Positions 31,377-41,283 of a stretch of 64,000 nucleotides of DNA are shown here, piece after piece (position 1 is the stretch's first letter; every line of letters starts with the position of its first letter). Origin of the DNA: Candidatus Poribacteria bacterium (GTDB lineage: Bacteria > Poribacteria > WGA-4E > PCPOR2b). The notes below the pieces were generated by a model. The model saw nothing but the letters and a program-made list of their open reading frames with translations. It did no database searches and had not been told where the DNA came from. The stretch is from contig OZ242351.1 in the NCBI GenBank assembly GCA_965208675.1, forward strand, positions 2,292,834-2,356,833. Direction: 5' to 3'. Made by a program: the position numbers and the translations under genes.

Positions 31377-32624
31377 CTAATCTATCAGTTGTGAAACTGT
31401 CGCAGCCGCGGCGGCGAGCGCTTCTTCTACGCGGCGGTTGGTCTCTGCATCAATGGCGTTGGGATGGATGGCAGAGATGGGTCCGTCTTGGTGAAGGTCA
31501 CCGGAGATGACGGTAATCTGATCGACAGGGAATAGATCGAGGGTTTGGGCAAACGGTTCGATTAAATCCTCAAACTTTTCAATGATGTAGGTTGTCAGCC
31601 CGGGATCGCCTGCCGAACGGAGGATTTCGATGGTTCGCTTGAGTTGGGTGAGTTCGGCTTGCGCCTGCCCTCGGATGGTCGCGGCTTGAGCTTCCGCCTC
31701 TTGAATCATCTTTTCTTTTGTCGCAGACGCGGGGACGATGGTATCCGCCTCGCATCTTGCCCGCACCATCTCGATTCGCTGCGTTTCAGCCTCAATCTGC
31801 GCCTGAATGCCCGCGACCTCAGAGTCCGCGTTGCGGGTCTCTTCCTGCGCATCAATGGCGCCGCGCTGATTCTCTTCTGCAGTCTTGACCTTTGCCTCTG
31901 CGTCGATCCGTTGATGCTCGTTTTCAAGCTCGCGGACAGACACTTCAGCCCGGCGTTCTTCCGACTGCTCCTTTGCGGCGGCGCGCGCGTTCGCTTGCGC
32001 CTCCCGGGATTGCGCTTCGGCATCGGCAGTTTGAATGCGTTTGAGCAGCGCGATGTACAGGTCGGGTTCTTCAACGCCTTCGAGCCGATGATCGTCCACG
32101 TCAGCGATATTCATGGTGGTGATTTCCAGGCCGATGCCTTCCAGATCGGATTTGCAGACCTTAATCATGTTCTGGATAAGCTGGTCTTTCTGGCTCATCA
32201 CCTCTTCGGGCGTCATTGCTGCAATGGAGTCGCGCAGATGCCCTTCAATGATAGACGTGGCAATGGCTTGCAGTTCATCCCAGTTCCGGGTCATGTTCAG
32301 GATGCGCTTGACTGCGTTGACAAGCCCCTTCTCGGTTTTCGCGACCGCATAGCTGACGGTTGCTTTTACGGTCAGGGGAACAATTCCCTCGGCAATGGCA
32401 GACTCCACAACCACCGTCGTGGTTTGAGGGGTTAAGTCCATGGTGCTAAAGCGGTTGATGAGCGGAAACACGAAAACGCGCCCGCCTCGGAACGTACTGA
32501 AACTGCCGCCTCTGCCGTGCACCACGGCAAGTTCGCTCGGGGGAATCAGCTTCATCTTCATCACAAGTTGAAGGATTAACGTAATGAAGATGAGTAGTCC
32601 GAGTATAATGAGGAAGAGTATCAT
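31377..32624 (-). CDS. Flotillin-family (SPFH / band-7) protein
   Basis: N-terminal TM helix, SPFH domain, and a long A/E/Q-rich coiled coil (AEAQSREAQANARAAAKEQSEERRAE). Flotillin C-terminal region. Confidence 0.8.
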   Translation of the reverse strand: MILFLIILGLLIFITLILQLVMKMKLIPPSELAVVHGRGGSFSTFRGGRVFVFPLINRFSTMDLTPQTTTVVVESAIAEGIVPLTVKATVSYAVAKTEKGLVNAVKRILNMTRNWDELQAIATSIIEGHLRDSIAAMTPEEVMSQKDQLIQNMIKVCKSDLEGIGLEITTMNIADVDDHRLEGVEEPDLYIALLKRIQTADAEAQSREAQANARAAAKEQSEERRAEVSVRELENEHQRIDAEAKVKTAEENQRGAIDAQEETRNADSEVAGIQAQIEAETQRIEMVRARCEADTIVPASATKEKMIQEAEAQAATIRGQAQAELTQLKRTIEILRSAGDPGLTTYIIEKFEDLIEPFAQTLDLFPVDQITVISGDLHQDGPISAIHPNAIDAETNRRVEEALAAAAATVSQLID

Positions 32625-34081
32625 GATGCACCTCCTTGCTGAGTTGTCGCAGATTCGGCGGCATTTGCCTCGTCTGCACCCCTCTGCGTGATTAGGTTTT
32701 TCACACTAATGCCGAAGCCCTGCTCAAAGCATCTCAAGAAATCGACAAATGCCGCTGGACCTCGATTGACAGCGCTATTGAAACCGTCTTCTTCGTTGAG
32801 CACCAGCAAATTATCGACCTTTAACGACTTCGCATGTGAGCGGTACGCTTCAAAAAGGTGCGGCAACTGCGTAATGAACAGCGCGATTTTGCCCGTATCT
32901 CCAGTCTCTTTGAGTAAATCTACTTTCTGTTGGAGAAGTTCATTCTCCGTCTGCTGAACAATCTCAACGGCTTTCCCCTCGCCTTCCGCCAGAATCTCCG
33001 CAGCGCGGCGATTGGCTTCAGCCTCCACAATAACCTCGGAACGGTTCTTCAGCTTTTGAAGTTCCGCCGTGACTTCCTCTATGCGCCTCTGACCCGTACT
33101 CCTGGCTTTGACGATGCCGCTGTCCGCCTCAAGTTTTGCGCGGTGGATGGCTGCGTCGGATTGGCGGCGAAACAGTTCAACGCCTTGCCGAGCTTGAAGA
33201 ATTTTCTCCGTGGCGCGGTTTTCAGCCACTAACATTCGGCGTTTTGAATCGGATTCGGCGCGTTCGGCACGCGCTTGCAGCCGCGCCTCCTCGATTTCTA
33301 CCTCCTAGCGTTTGCGCGAAAGGGTTTTGTTCGCAAGATTGGCGATGTAGTTCGATGTATCCCAAATCCGTTGGAGCGACACCGAGACCACATTCATACC
33401 GAATGCGCTTAAATCCTCACGGCAATCCTCAAGCAACAGATGCCGGAAGATTGCCCGATCGCCGTCTTTGGATTCCGGCGTTGCGGCTGGAGGTGAATCG
33501 TCCGCGCCTTGTTCGATATTCGCTGCGTTACCCTCTGAAGGTTCGCTAGCGGCGGAAGTTTTGACTGTTTCTGCCTGCTCCTCACTGTCCACACTCTCGT
33601 CCATGCCGATTGCCTGCAACGGCGTGGTTTTGTTGAGTGTCGCACGGAAGTTGCCAATCATTGTCTGCTGAATCTGTTCTTGGATCTGTACGCGCGATTT
33701 TCCAAGCAGTTGCTGCACAGCGCTGTAGAGCAACACCTTGTCCATGTCGTCGATGCAAACGCACGCCGTCGCGTCCGATCCGACGGTGATACCGTTTGCC
33801 GAATTCACATTATCGACCTGTACGTTTATCGGAATGATTGTGATATCAATGAACCGGGCACTCTGAATGAACGGAATGACGAAGGTCCAACCGCCTTTTT
33901 GAAGCCGGAAACCGTATTTTTTGCCTTCAACGACGGTTTGTACGCCTCCGGTAACGACCAGAATATGATTAGATGGACAGACACGCACCAAAGCGCGCAG
34001 CCCCGCAATCAATATAAGGAAAACGATGACTGCGAGAACGCCGCCGGCAATGCCGCCGCCTTGGCTAAGGATTTCTTCCAT
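32621..34081 (-). pseudogene. Second flotillin-family gene, interrupted by a single in-frame TAG (complement of 33305-33307). The SPFH part runs 33305-34081. The coiled-coil/flotillin C-terminal part continues in the same frame to 32621.
   Basis: The reading frame is continuous across the stop: ...NKTLSRKR * EVEIEEARLQARAERAESDSKRRMLVAENRATEK. The 258-aa N-terminal part has a TM helix plus SPFH. The downstream part has the LLVLNEEDGFNSAVNRG flotillin C-terminus. Confidence 0.65.
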
Positions 34082-34087
34082 TTTTGT

Positions 34088-34756
34088 CTACTCCTTTGCA
34101 ATTTTTTCGTGCTCGACGTAAACACACTCAGGGGTAACGTTGGTCACCCAAACCGTATCCCCTTTTTCAAACTGGGTGTTTGGTTCGGCAGCTAGCGCGT
34201 ACTGTTCGGTCACATTCATACCGACCCGAACACGCACTTTACCCATCGTGTCATGTGTAAGTGGAACGATAACCGTTGCTCGTTGGAAGTAAAGTTCTTC
34301 TGATTGGAGGGATGAATCCGTGTCGGTGCGCTGGAATCGGAAGAATGCCTGCGCCAACACAAAAGCCGCCAGCCCCGCCGGCACCGCCCAGACTAAACTC
34401 TTTACCGCGCTGTTTCCCAAAGTAATGGCTACCCAGCCGGTAGGTCCAAAACCGAGACAGAAATAGACGAGGCTGCGCAGGTAGGAAAGAACCGACAGCA
34501 CAGCTACCCTGCCGGTCGGGTGAGTGATATCCGCGGGCGCTGTTTTTCCCGAGTGAACTTCATCTGGCGGCAGATCGGTGTCGAAGTTCATGTTGCCGTG
34601 CTCAACTTCGCCGCCCTGCGCATCACCTGCATCGGGTGCGTCCGCAGCGTCTCCGCCATCGTCTTGACTTCCGCTCAAGAATCCAAGGAAATCAAGGACT
34701 GTAATGCTCACAGAAAACAGTGTACAACCGATGTAAACGCCATTGAGCCAGCCCAT
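34088..34756 (-). CDS. NfeD-family membrane protein, the usual operon partner of SPFH/flotillin
   Basis: N-terminal TM helices, an acidic linker, and a C-terminal OB-fold-like segment (KVRVRVGMNVTEQYALAAEPNTQFEKGDTVWVTNV). Position directly upstream of the flotillin genes. Confidence 0.7.
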   Translation of the reverse strand: MGWLNGVYIGCTLFSVSITVLDFLGFLSGSQDDGGDAADAPDAGDAQGGEVEHGNMNFDTDLPPDEVHSGKTAPADITHPTGRVAVLSVLSYLRSLVYFCLGFGPTGWVAITLGNSAVKSLVWAVPAGLAAFVLAQAFFRFQRTDTDSSLQSEELYFQRATVIVPLTHDTMGKVRVRVGMNVTEQYALAAEPNTQFEKGDTVWVTNVTPECVYVEHEKIAKE

Positions 34757-34993
34757 CAGACACCTCCTTGTAATGGGGAAGTTGGAGTGAATGGGGTAGA
34801 TGACTATGTTGCTCTTGAAACGCCTTAATGGTTTGCGGCGATGCTATTCATCAACCGGTATCTTTGGCTACTGAACGCCGCTCATTATATCCATTGAGGC
34901 AAAGATTAACACAAGAATGTTAATGTGTCAAGCGTTCTAGCTCGACATCAGCGCCTTATCGGGATTAGCGGTTCGTGCGTAACGCGGGCAAGG

Positions 34994-35267
34994 TTTTTTT
35001 AGGATGGATTGAGCGGATTATATCAGATACACAACGAAAGAAATATAACGTCATGGATAGAAACTCATGCTATTGCAAAAATTCATAAAGCGTATCTCAA
35101 TGCTTTTCCTAGTTCCGAACCAGTTCCGATAAGCGGAACACATCCCAATTAACAAAAAGCGTTGGGTTACGCTGCGGCAATCAAAATTCCTGACGCAATC
35201 AAATCACTAAACGCGCGCGGCATAGCTACATTTCTTCACCAATACCGCTAAACCCAACCTACGGGGG
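34994..35267. repeat. MITE-like element, copy 2 (diverged). Left end TTTTTTTAGGATGGATTGAGCGGAT. Right end ACCCAACCTAC at 35252-35262. The internal segment AATTAACAAAAAGCGTTGGGTTACGCTGC matches copy 1.
   Basis: Both ends align to copy 1 (941-1236). The 37-nt internal block is 33/37 identical to copy 1. Confidence 0.55.
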
Positions 35268-35388
35268 AATCGCATGTGATTGTAGACAGGTAAGAGAGAA
35301 GGGGAAGGGAGGAGGTGACTTGGTTTTTACGCTTAAAAATAGGCTGAGAGGTGTATGCCGCGAGCCGCAATTTGCGGTTATCGAAGCG

Positions 35389-38025
35389 TCACGCTTCGTC
35401 TTTGATAGCGGCTTGCGCCGCAGCGAGGCGGGCAATCGGAACTCGGAACGGTGAACAACTCACATAGTCCAACCCTAAACGATGGCAGAACTCGACCGAA
35501 CTCGGTTCACCGCCGTGCTCGCCGCAGATACCGACCTTGAGATCGGGGCGGGTTTGACGCCCCCGTTCTGTGCCGATTTGCACGAGTTCCCCCACGCCAT
35601 CCTTATCGAGTATTTGGAATGGATCACCTTCTAAGATGTCGCTCTCAACGTAATGCTCCAGAAATTTTCCGATATCGTCTCGACTCAGTCCGAACGTGGT
35701 TTGCGTCAGGTCGTTTGTCCCAAAAGAGAAGAATTCCGCCGCTTCAGCGATTTCGTTTCCTGTTAATGCCGCTCTAGGGAGCTCTATCATTGTGCCGACG
35801 AGGTAATCGACTCTGACACCGCTGCCATTGAACACCGCTTCCGCAGTATCAATGACTATCTGGCGTTGTAACACCAGCTCTTTGACATGGCCGACCAAGG
35901 GAATCATAATCTCGGGAATGACTTTAATCCCACGTTTGGCCGCATCCACGGCGGCTTCAAAGATGGCGCGCGCTTGCATTTCCGTAATTTCCGGATAGAC
36001 AATACCGAGACGGCAGCCGCGGTGGCCCAACATCGGGTTTGTCTCGCGCAGCGATTCCACTTGCTTGCGCAGCACGTCGGGGGAACTACCGGTTTTATCC
36101 GCAAGTGCGTAAATCTCCTCGTCGGTATGCGGCAAGAATTCATGAAGCGGCGGATCTAAAGTTCGGATTGTGACAGGATAACCGTCAATTGCCTCAAAAA
36201 TTCCGATGAAGTCCTCTAGTTGGTAAGGCAGTAACTTCGCCAATGCGCGTTTTCGCCCTTTTTCATTTCGCGCGAGGATCATTTCCCGCATCGCATCAAT
36301 TTGATCTCCCTCAAAGAACATGTGCTCTGTACGGCAAAGCCCAATACCTTCCGCGCCAAATTCCCTCGCCTTCTTAGTATCCGACGGTGTGTCGGCATTG
36401 GTACGAACGCCAAGTTTCCTAAATTCGTCCGACCATTCCATGAGCGTTGCAAATTCACGGCTCAATGTGGGTTCAATCAGTTCGACCGCCCCGGCAATAA
36501 CTTCACCTGTTGACCCATTCAGCGTAATGTAGTCGCCTTCCTCGAATTGCAGTGTATTGACGTGAAATTCCTTGTTCGCTGCATTGACGACGATGGCGCT
36601 GCACCCGGCAACACAGCTTTTTCCCATACCGCGTGCGACGACGGCGGCATGAGATGTCATTCCACCGCGCGATGTAAGAATTCCCGCAGCCGCATACATC
36701 CCGCCAATGTCTTCCGGCGAAGTCTCCGACCGCACCAATATAACGTCCTCACCTTCGTGCGCTAGTTCCTCGGCACGATTCGCAGTGAAAACTACTTTGC
36801 CGACGGCGGCACCGGGAGAGGCGGGAAGGCCTTTCGCAATCACATCAACAGTTGAATTGGGATCAATCATCGAATGCAACAGTTGGTCAAGGTCGTTCGG
36901 CGGTACACGCATCACAGCGGTCCGCTTATCAATTAGACCTTCATTGACCATTTCAACAGCTACGCGCACGGCTGCATGACCTGTCCGCTTACCTGCACGG
37001 GTTTGAAGCATAAAGAGGCGCCCATCTTGAATGGTGAATTCCAAATCCTGCATATCGCGATAGTGCGTTTCAAGTCGACCGGCAGTTTCCACCAACTGAT
37101 TATACGCATCCGGCAAAATGGTACGGAGGTCGTCAATGGGGAGCGGCGTACGGATGCCCGCGACGACATCTTCGCCTTGTGCATTTACCAAAAACTCGCC
37201 GTAGAAGCGATTTTCTCCCGTTGACGGATTTCGCGTAAATGCAACCCCCGTCGCTGAATTGCCGCCCAAATTTCCAAAGACCATGGCTTGAACGTTTACA
37301 GCGGTTTGTCCTTGATCGTCGGGGATGTTGTTCAATCGGCGGTAGATAACCGCTCTTTCATTATTCGACGATTCAAACACCGCGTCACGAGCCATATCCA
37401 ACTGCCGACGTACGTCTTCCGGGAAGTCGGCTCCCGTAGCCCGTTTGACAGCCGTTTTGAATTCCAAAATGAGTTCTGCGAGATCGCCCGCCTCTAATTC
37501 GGTGTCCAGTTCAACGCCTTTTGCCTTCTTCTTCGCTTCCAACAGATGCTCAAAAGTATCATGTTTAACGTTGAGAACGACGTTGCCGAACATCTGTACG
37601 AACCGGCGGTAAGCGTCGTAAGCGAATCGTTCGGATCCCGACTTGGCAATCAGACCCTTGACCGTGTCATCGTTTAAGCCGAGATTGAGAATCGTATCCA
37701 TCATGCCCGGCATCGAAATTGCGGCGCCTGATCTCACAGACACCAGCAACGGATTTTCCGGCTCGGCGAACTTAGTCCCCATTGCAGATTCGAGCTTTCC
37801 CAAATTTTCATCAATTTGTTGCTCTAGCCCGTCCGGATATGTTTTTTGATTCGCGTAATAGAACTTGCAGACCTCTGTGGATATGGTGTATCCGGGGGGG
37901 ACTGGTATGCCTAAGTTTGTCATTTCCGCGAGATTCGCACCCTTGCCGCCGAGCAGCGCACGCATCTCAGCGCTTCCGTCAGCTTTCCCCTCGCCGAAAA
38001 AATACACATATTTGGAATGAGACAT
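35389..38025 (-). CDS. ppdK: Pyruvate, phosphate dikinase
   Basis: 878 aa. N-terminal ATP-grasp. Central phospho-His domain (GGMTSHAAVVARGMGK). C-terminal PEP-utilizing TIM barrel (RTNDLTQ ... CGE). Confidence 0.95.
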   Translation of the reverse strand: MSHSKYVYFFGEGKADGSAEMRALLGGKGANLAEMTNLGIPVPPGYTISTEVCKFYYANQKTYPDGLEQQIDENLGKLESAMGTKFAEPENPLLVSVRSGAAISMPGMMDTILNLGLNDDTVKGLIAKSGSERFAYDAYRRFVQMFGNVVLNVKHDTFEHLLEAKKKAKGVELDTELEAGDLAELILEFKTAVKRATGADFPEDVRRQLDMARDAVFESSNNERAVIYRRLNNIPDDQGQTAVNVQAMVFGNLGGNSATGVAFTRNPSTGENRFYGEFLVNAQGEDVVAGIRTPLPIDDLRTILPDAYNQLVETAGRLETHYRDMQDLEFTIQDGRLFMLQTRAGKRTGHAAVRVAVEMVNEGLIDKRTAVMRVPPNDLDQLLHSMIDPNSTVDVIAKGLPASPGAAVGKVVFTANRAEELAHEGEDVILVRSETSPEDIGGMYAAAGILTSRGGMTSHAAVVARGMGKSCVAGCSAIVVNAANKEFHVNTLQFEEGDYITLNGSTGEVIAGAVELIEPTLSREFATLMEWSDEFRKLGVRTNADTPSDTKKAREFGAEGIGLCRTEHMFFEGDQIDAMREMILARNEKGRKRALAKLLPYQLEDFIGIFEAIDGYPVTIRTLDPPLHEFLPHTDEEIYALADKTGSSPDVLRKQVESLRETNPMLGHRGCRLGIVYPEITEMQARAIFEAAVDAAKRGIKVIPEIMIPLVGHVKELVLQRQIVIDTAEAVFNGSGVRVDYLVGTMIELPRAALTGNEIAEAAEFFSFGTNDLTQTTFGLSRDDIGKFLEHYVESDILEGDPFQILDKDGVGELVQIGTERGRQTRPDLKVGICGEHGGEPSSVEFCHRLGLDYVSCSPFRVPIARLAAAQAAIKDEA

Positions 38026-38168
38026 CTTAACCCTCTTTTGAATCGTCCCTATGTTGGTATTGCGTTGAACAATAGTTACGGATGCGGCATTGAAAATTCA
38101 ACAAAGAAAATCCCTCCGCAAAGGGAGGGATATATGAACGCAGATTGGAAAGTTCCGCCGTACCGGAT

Positions 38169-39527
38169 TTAAATTGAATAAATCATACGGCTTGCTTCGT
38201 CAAAATCCACCTGAAAGGGGTTGGTTGAAAGGTAGAGCTTTTGGTAGGGTTCGTACAGTTGAATGTAACTCCAATTGACGCCGCAGAGCACCTTCCTTTC
38301 GTTTGCCAGCTTTACAAAACGCCCCCGGAATTTTGCGCGGGTGGTTTCCGGTGGATAGTGCATAGCGTTCTCAATATCCTTATCGGTAACCATTTTTTGA
38401 ACAAGATCTTTTTTTTCAAGTTTATAATACAATCCGCGATCTGGGCGGATATTGTGGTACTGTAGATCGAGCATCATGACTTTTGCCGAGTCCCATTTAA
38501 GGCGGCGTTGGGTGACATAGGTTTCAATCAATTTTTTCTTGGCGACCCAATCCAGTATTCGATCTAGTTGCATAGGGTCTGTTTCCAAACAGGTCAAAAT
38601 ACCTTCCCAGTACGCCATAATCTTGTTTTCGTCGGGACTCGATTCTTCATGCTCAAAATACAGTTTAGCGCATTCGAGATACTCTCGTTGAAGTTCCACC
38701 GCAGATAGCCGCTTGCCGCTCTCCAATTCAATCTGTTGGGTACAGGTCGTATCTTCCGAGATTTGCTGGATTGCTCGTACAGAATCGCGCAAAGCCAAAC
38801 GCTTTTTTATGAAATTGTCCTCAATCATCCGCAAGACAATTGAAGTGGTTCCAACCTTTAAAAATGTCGCTAACTCAGACATATTGGAATCGCCGACGAT
38901 AACGTGCAACCGCCTATATTTTTCTCGATCGGCGTGCGGTTCATCGCGTGTATTTATGATTCCCCGAGCTGTTGTCGTTGCAATGGAGATTTCCTCACGG
39001 ATATGCTGGGCGCGCTGAGAAATAACGTATTTGCCTCGGTTGGTCGGTTTAACTTTGCCGGCGCCCGCAAAAACTTGGCGAGTGACAAAAAATGGAATCA
39101 ACTGTGAAGCGAGTTGACGGAAGCTAACGTGCCGCTCCATTAGGTAGTTTTCGTGACAACCGTAGGTGTTTCCGGGCGTATCCGTGTTATTCTTGAAAAC
39201 TGAAATTCTCCCAAGGAAGCCATCAAATCGCATCTTACGTTCCGCAGCAACGGATAGCCGCTCAATAATCCGCTCACCGGCTTTGTCATGAATCACGACA
39301 TCCGTTACACTATCGCATTCGGGGGTGGCGTATTCCGGATGGCAACCAATATCCTGATAAAATCGAGCCCCATTTTCTAGAAATACATCCGGATACATTC
39401 GTCCAGAGATGATTTCGCGAAAGAGATACATCACGGCATTTTGGATGGATAGCGCTTTGCCGCCTCGCCGATCGGATGTACAAATTATCCCGTATTCATT
39501 TTCTAAGCCATAAATTCTACGATTCAC
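38169..39527 (-). CDS. pafA: Pup--protein ligase
   Basis: Glutamine-synthetase/GCL-like Pup ligase-family sequence (GLENEYG ... GCHENYL ... HVIVGDSNMSE). 452 aa. Sits at the distal end of the prcBA cluster, as pafA does in actinobacteria. Confidence 0.8.
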   Translation of the reverse strand: MNRRIYGLENEYGIICTSDRRGGKALSIQNAVMYLFREIISGRMYPDVFLENGARFYQDIGCHPEYATPECDSVTDVVIHDKAGERIIERLSVAAERKMRFDGFLGRISVFKNNTDTPGNTYGCHENYLMERHVSFRQLASQLIPFFVTRQVFAGAGKVKPTNRGKYVISQRAQHIREEISIATTTARGIINTRDEPHADREKYRRLHVIVGDSNMSELATFLKVGTTSIVLRMIEDNFIKKRLALRDSVRAIQQISEDTTCTQQIELESGKRLSAVELQREYLECAKLYFEHEESSPDENKIMAYWEGILTCLETDPMQLDRILDWVAKKKLIETYVTQRRLKWDSAKVMMLDLQYHNIRPDRGLYYKLEKKDLVQKMVTDKDIENAMHYPPETTRAKFRGRFVKLANERKVLCGVNWSYIQLYEPYQKLYLSTNPFQVDFDEASRMIYSI

Positions 39528-40243
39528 GATGATAATATCTCTTCGAGTTCATCCGGCAGGAGACGCCTGAATTTGCGTCTATTTCTATTTTCATCAAGGA
39601 CAGCGACTTCAAGCGTGTCAGCCGAAATGTGATATCTCTCATCTTCCTCCGCCTGCGCCTCAATGGTTTCAAAGCCATTTACAGCAAGCTTTACCGCATC
39701 CTTCAACTCTAATCCATCTTCGTACGCACCCTCAAGGAATTCTGAAATTTCATCCGATCGCCCGCCAATAATTGCATACTTCTGTTCTTCCCAAAAAGTG
39801 CCGTCAAACGAAAGCTGATAGATTCTATGACTCGAATCCGGATCCGCCCTAAGTTCGCAAAGAAGCAGTTCGACTTCAAGCGGTTTTGTATCTGTTTGCC
39901 AGAAAATTGCGGCAATTCGCTGTGAAAAAATGTTATTCGTTAACCATTTCGCAGTAACATCTGCACGGTTGAACGTATAACCCTTGATTTCTGCTTCTCG
40001 GATGCCGAGGTATCTTAGGGCTTCATATTCTGCGATACGGCCAGTAGCGGCGAGTGCAATTCGATCATAAATTTCCGAAATCTTGAAGAGTGTCGTCAAC
40101 GGGTTTTCCGCAACCATCACGATGCCGTCTTTGTATTCTAGAACAATAACCTCTTTGGCTCTTTCGATGCCGGTGCGGACAAAATCAGCTTTGTCCTGCA
40201 TGATTTGTTCCGGCGACACATAATACGGTGTGGACATCAACAC
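39524..40243 (-). CDS. prcA: Proteasome subunit alpha
   Basis: 20S alpha-type sequence with no N-terminal Thr active site. 239 aa. Immediately downstream of prcB. Confidence 0.85.
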   Translation of the reverse strand: MLMSTPYYVSPEQIMQDKADFVRTGIERAKEVIVLEYKDGIVMVAENPLTTLFKISEIYDRIALAATGRIAEYEALRYLGIREAEIKGYTFNRADVTAKWLTNNIFSQRIAAIFWQTDTKPLEVELLLCELRADPDSSHRIYQLSFDGTFWEEQKYAIIGGRSDEISEFLEGAYEDGLELKDAVKLAVNGFETIEAQAEEDERYHISADTLEVAVLDENRNRRKFRRLLPDELEEILSS

Positions 40244-40252
40244 CTCCTCTCG

Positions 40253-41071
40253 TTACATCTCTCTGAGGCTTGCAATTAATTCAGTGTAGAGCCGTTCGAC
40301 CTCTGAATCCGCAATGTCTGAAACGCCCGTTCGATCGATGCATTTGATTGTTGGGTAAATTCCACGAATCAAATCCGGTCCCGCTGTCCCCAAGTCCTCA
40401 TCGGCGGCATCCCAAAGCGCTTCGGCAACAACCTTCAATACCTCATCATGGGCCACATCCTTGCGGTAACGTTTCTTTAAGGTTGTCTGTGCATCCTTGC
40501 CGCCGGATCCTATCGCGTGATAATCTGCTTCTTCATACCGCCCGCCGGTAACATCATATTTAAAGATCTTGGCTTGTTTCTCCTTTGGATCATAACCGGC
40601 AAAAATTGGAATGACATATAATCCCTGCAGCGCCATACCAAGATTCGACTTCACCATGTTTGACAAATGATTTGCCTTGCCTTCCAAACTCAAGGTTGTG
40701 CCTTCTATTTTTTCGTAAAACTCAACCTCAACTTGGAACAGTTTTGCCATTTCAATACACGGCCCAGCGACGCCAGCGATCGCAATCGCTGAATGTTCAT
40801 CTACTTCATAAACTTTCTGGATGCGCCGCTCGCCGACCTGAAACCCTTCTACAGCCTGACGATCCCCGGCAATAATCACTCCCTCTTTGTAGACAGCCGC
40901 TAACACCGTAGTGCCTTTGAGCGCATCAAGTGAAACGGCATGATGCTGCGCGCTTGGCAGCGGAACGTCGGATAACGACTCCGTGTTGAATGCGGCATAC
41001 AGTTCAGGACGCCTGCGCTTGAGGATTTCAAGGAAATCGGAATTGCCGTAGTCGGCTACATCAAGCAGCAC
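40253..41071 (-). CDS. prcB: Proteasome subunit beta, with propeptide
   Basis: About 54-aa propeptide followed by the catalytic TTVLAAVYKEGVIIAGDRQA (the Thr1 would be exposed by processing). Ntn-hydrolase fold sequence. Confidence 0.85.
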   Translation of the reverse strand: MLLDVADYGNSDFLEILKRRRPELYAAFNTESLSDVPLPSAQHHAVSLDALKGTTVLAAVYKEGVIIAGDRQAVEGFQVGERRIQKVYEVDEHSAIAIAGVAGPCIEMAKLFQVEVEFYEKIEGTTLSLEGKANHLSNMVKSNLGMALQGLYVIPIFAGYDPKEKQAKIFKYDVTGGRYEEADYHAIGSGGKDAQTTLKKRYRKDVAHDEVLKVVAEALWDAADEDLGTAGPDLIRGIYPTIKCIDRTGVSDIADSEVERLYTELIASLREM

Positions 41072-41268
41072 TACTGCCCTCCTCTTTGAATATAATTCTC
41101 TACAAATTCTTCTGAATCTTCTTCTAAAATTTCGTCAATTTCGTCGAGAAGTTGGTCGAGATCTTCTTTGATTTCCTCCCCTTGTTCCGTAACTTCCGGA
41201 TCAGGTTGGATTTCCTCAGCATCTTGAGTCAAGTTATCTTTGTGTTCTTGCTGTTTTTCGGACGGCAT
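41071..41268 (-). CDS. pup: Prokaryotic ubiquitin-like protein Pup, with a GGQ C-terminus
   Basis: 65-aa acidic protein ending in ...YIQRGGQ. DQLLDEIDEILEE is the Mpa/PafA-binding helix. Located between dop and prcB. Confidence 0.85.
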   Translation of the reverse strand: MPSEKQQEHKDNLTQDAEEIQPDPEVTEQGEEIKEDLDQLLDEIDEILEEDSEEFVENYIQRGGQ

Positions 41269-41283
41269 TTATCTCTCCTCCTT

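Noticed and set aside
41071-41268. Pup as a possible spurious acidic small ORF
   Set aside because: Retained as real: GGQ C-terminus, conserved binding helix, and exact position between dop and prcB.
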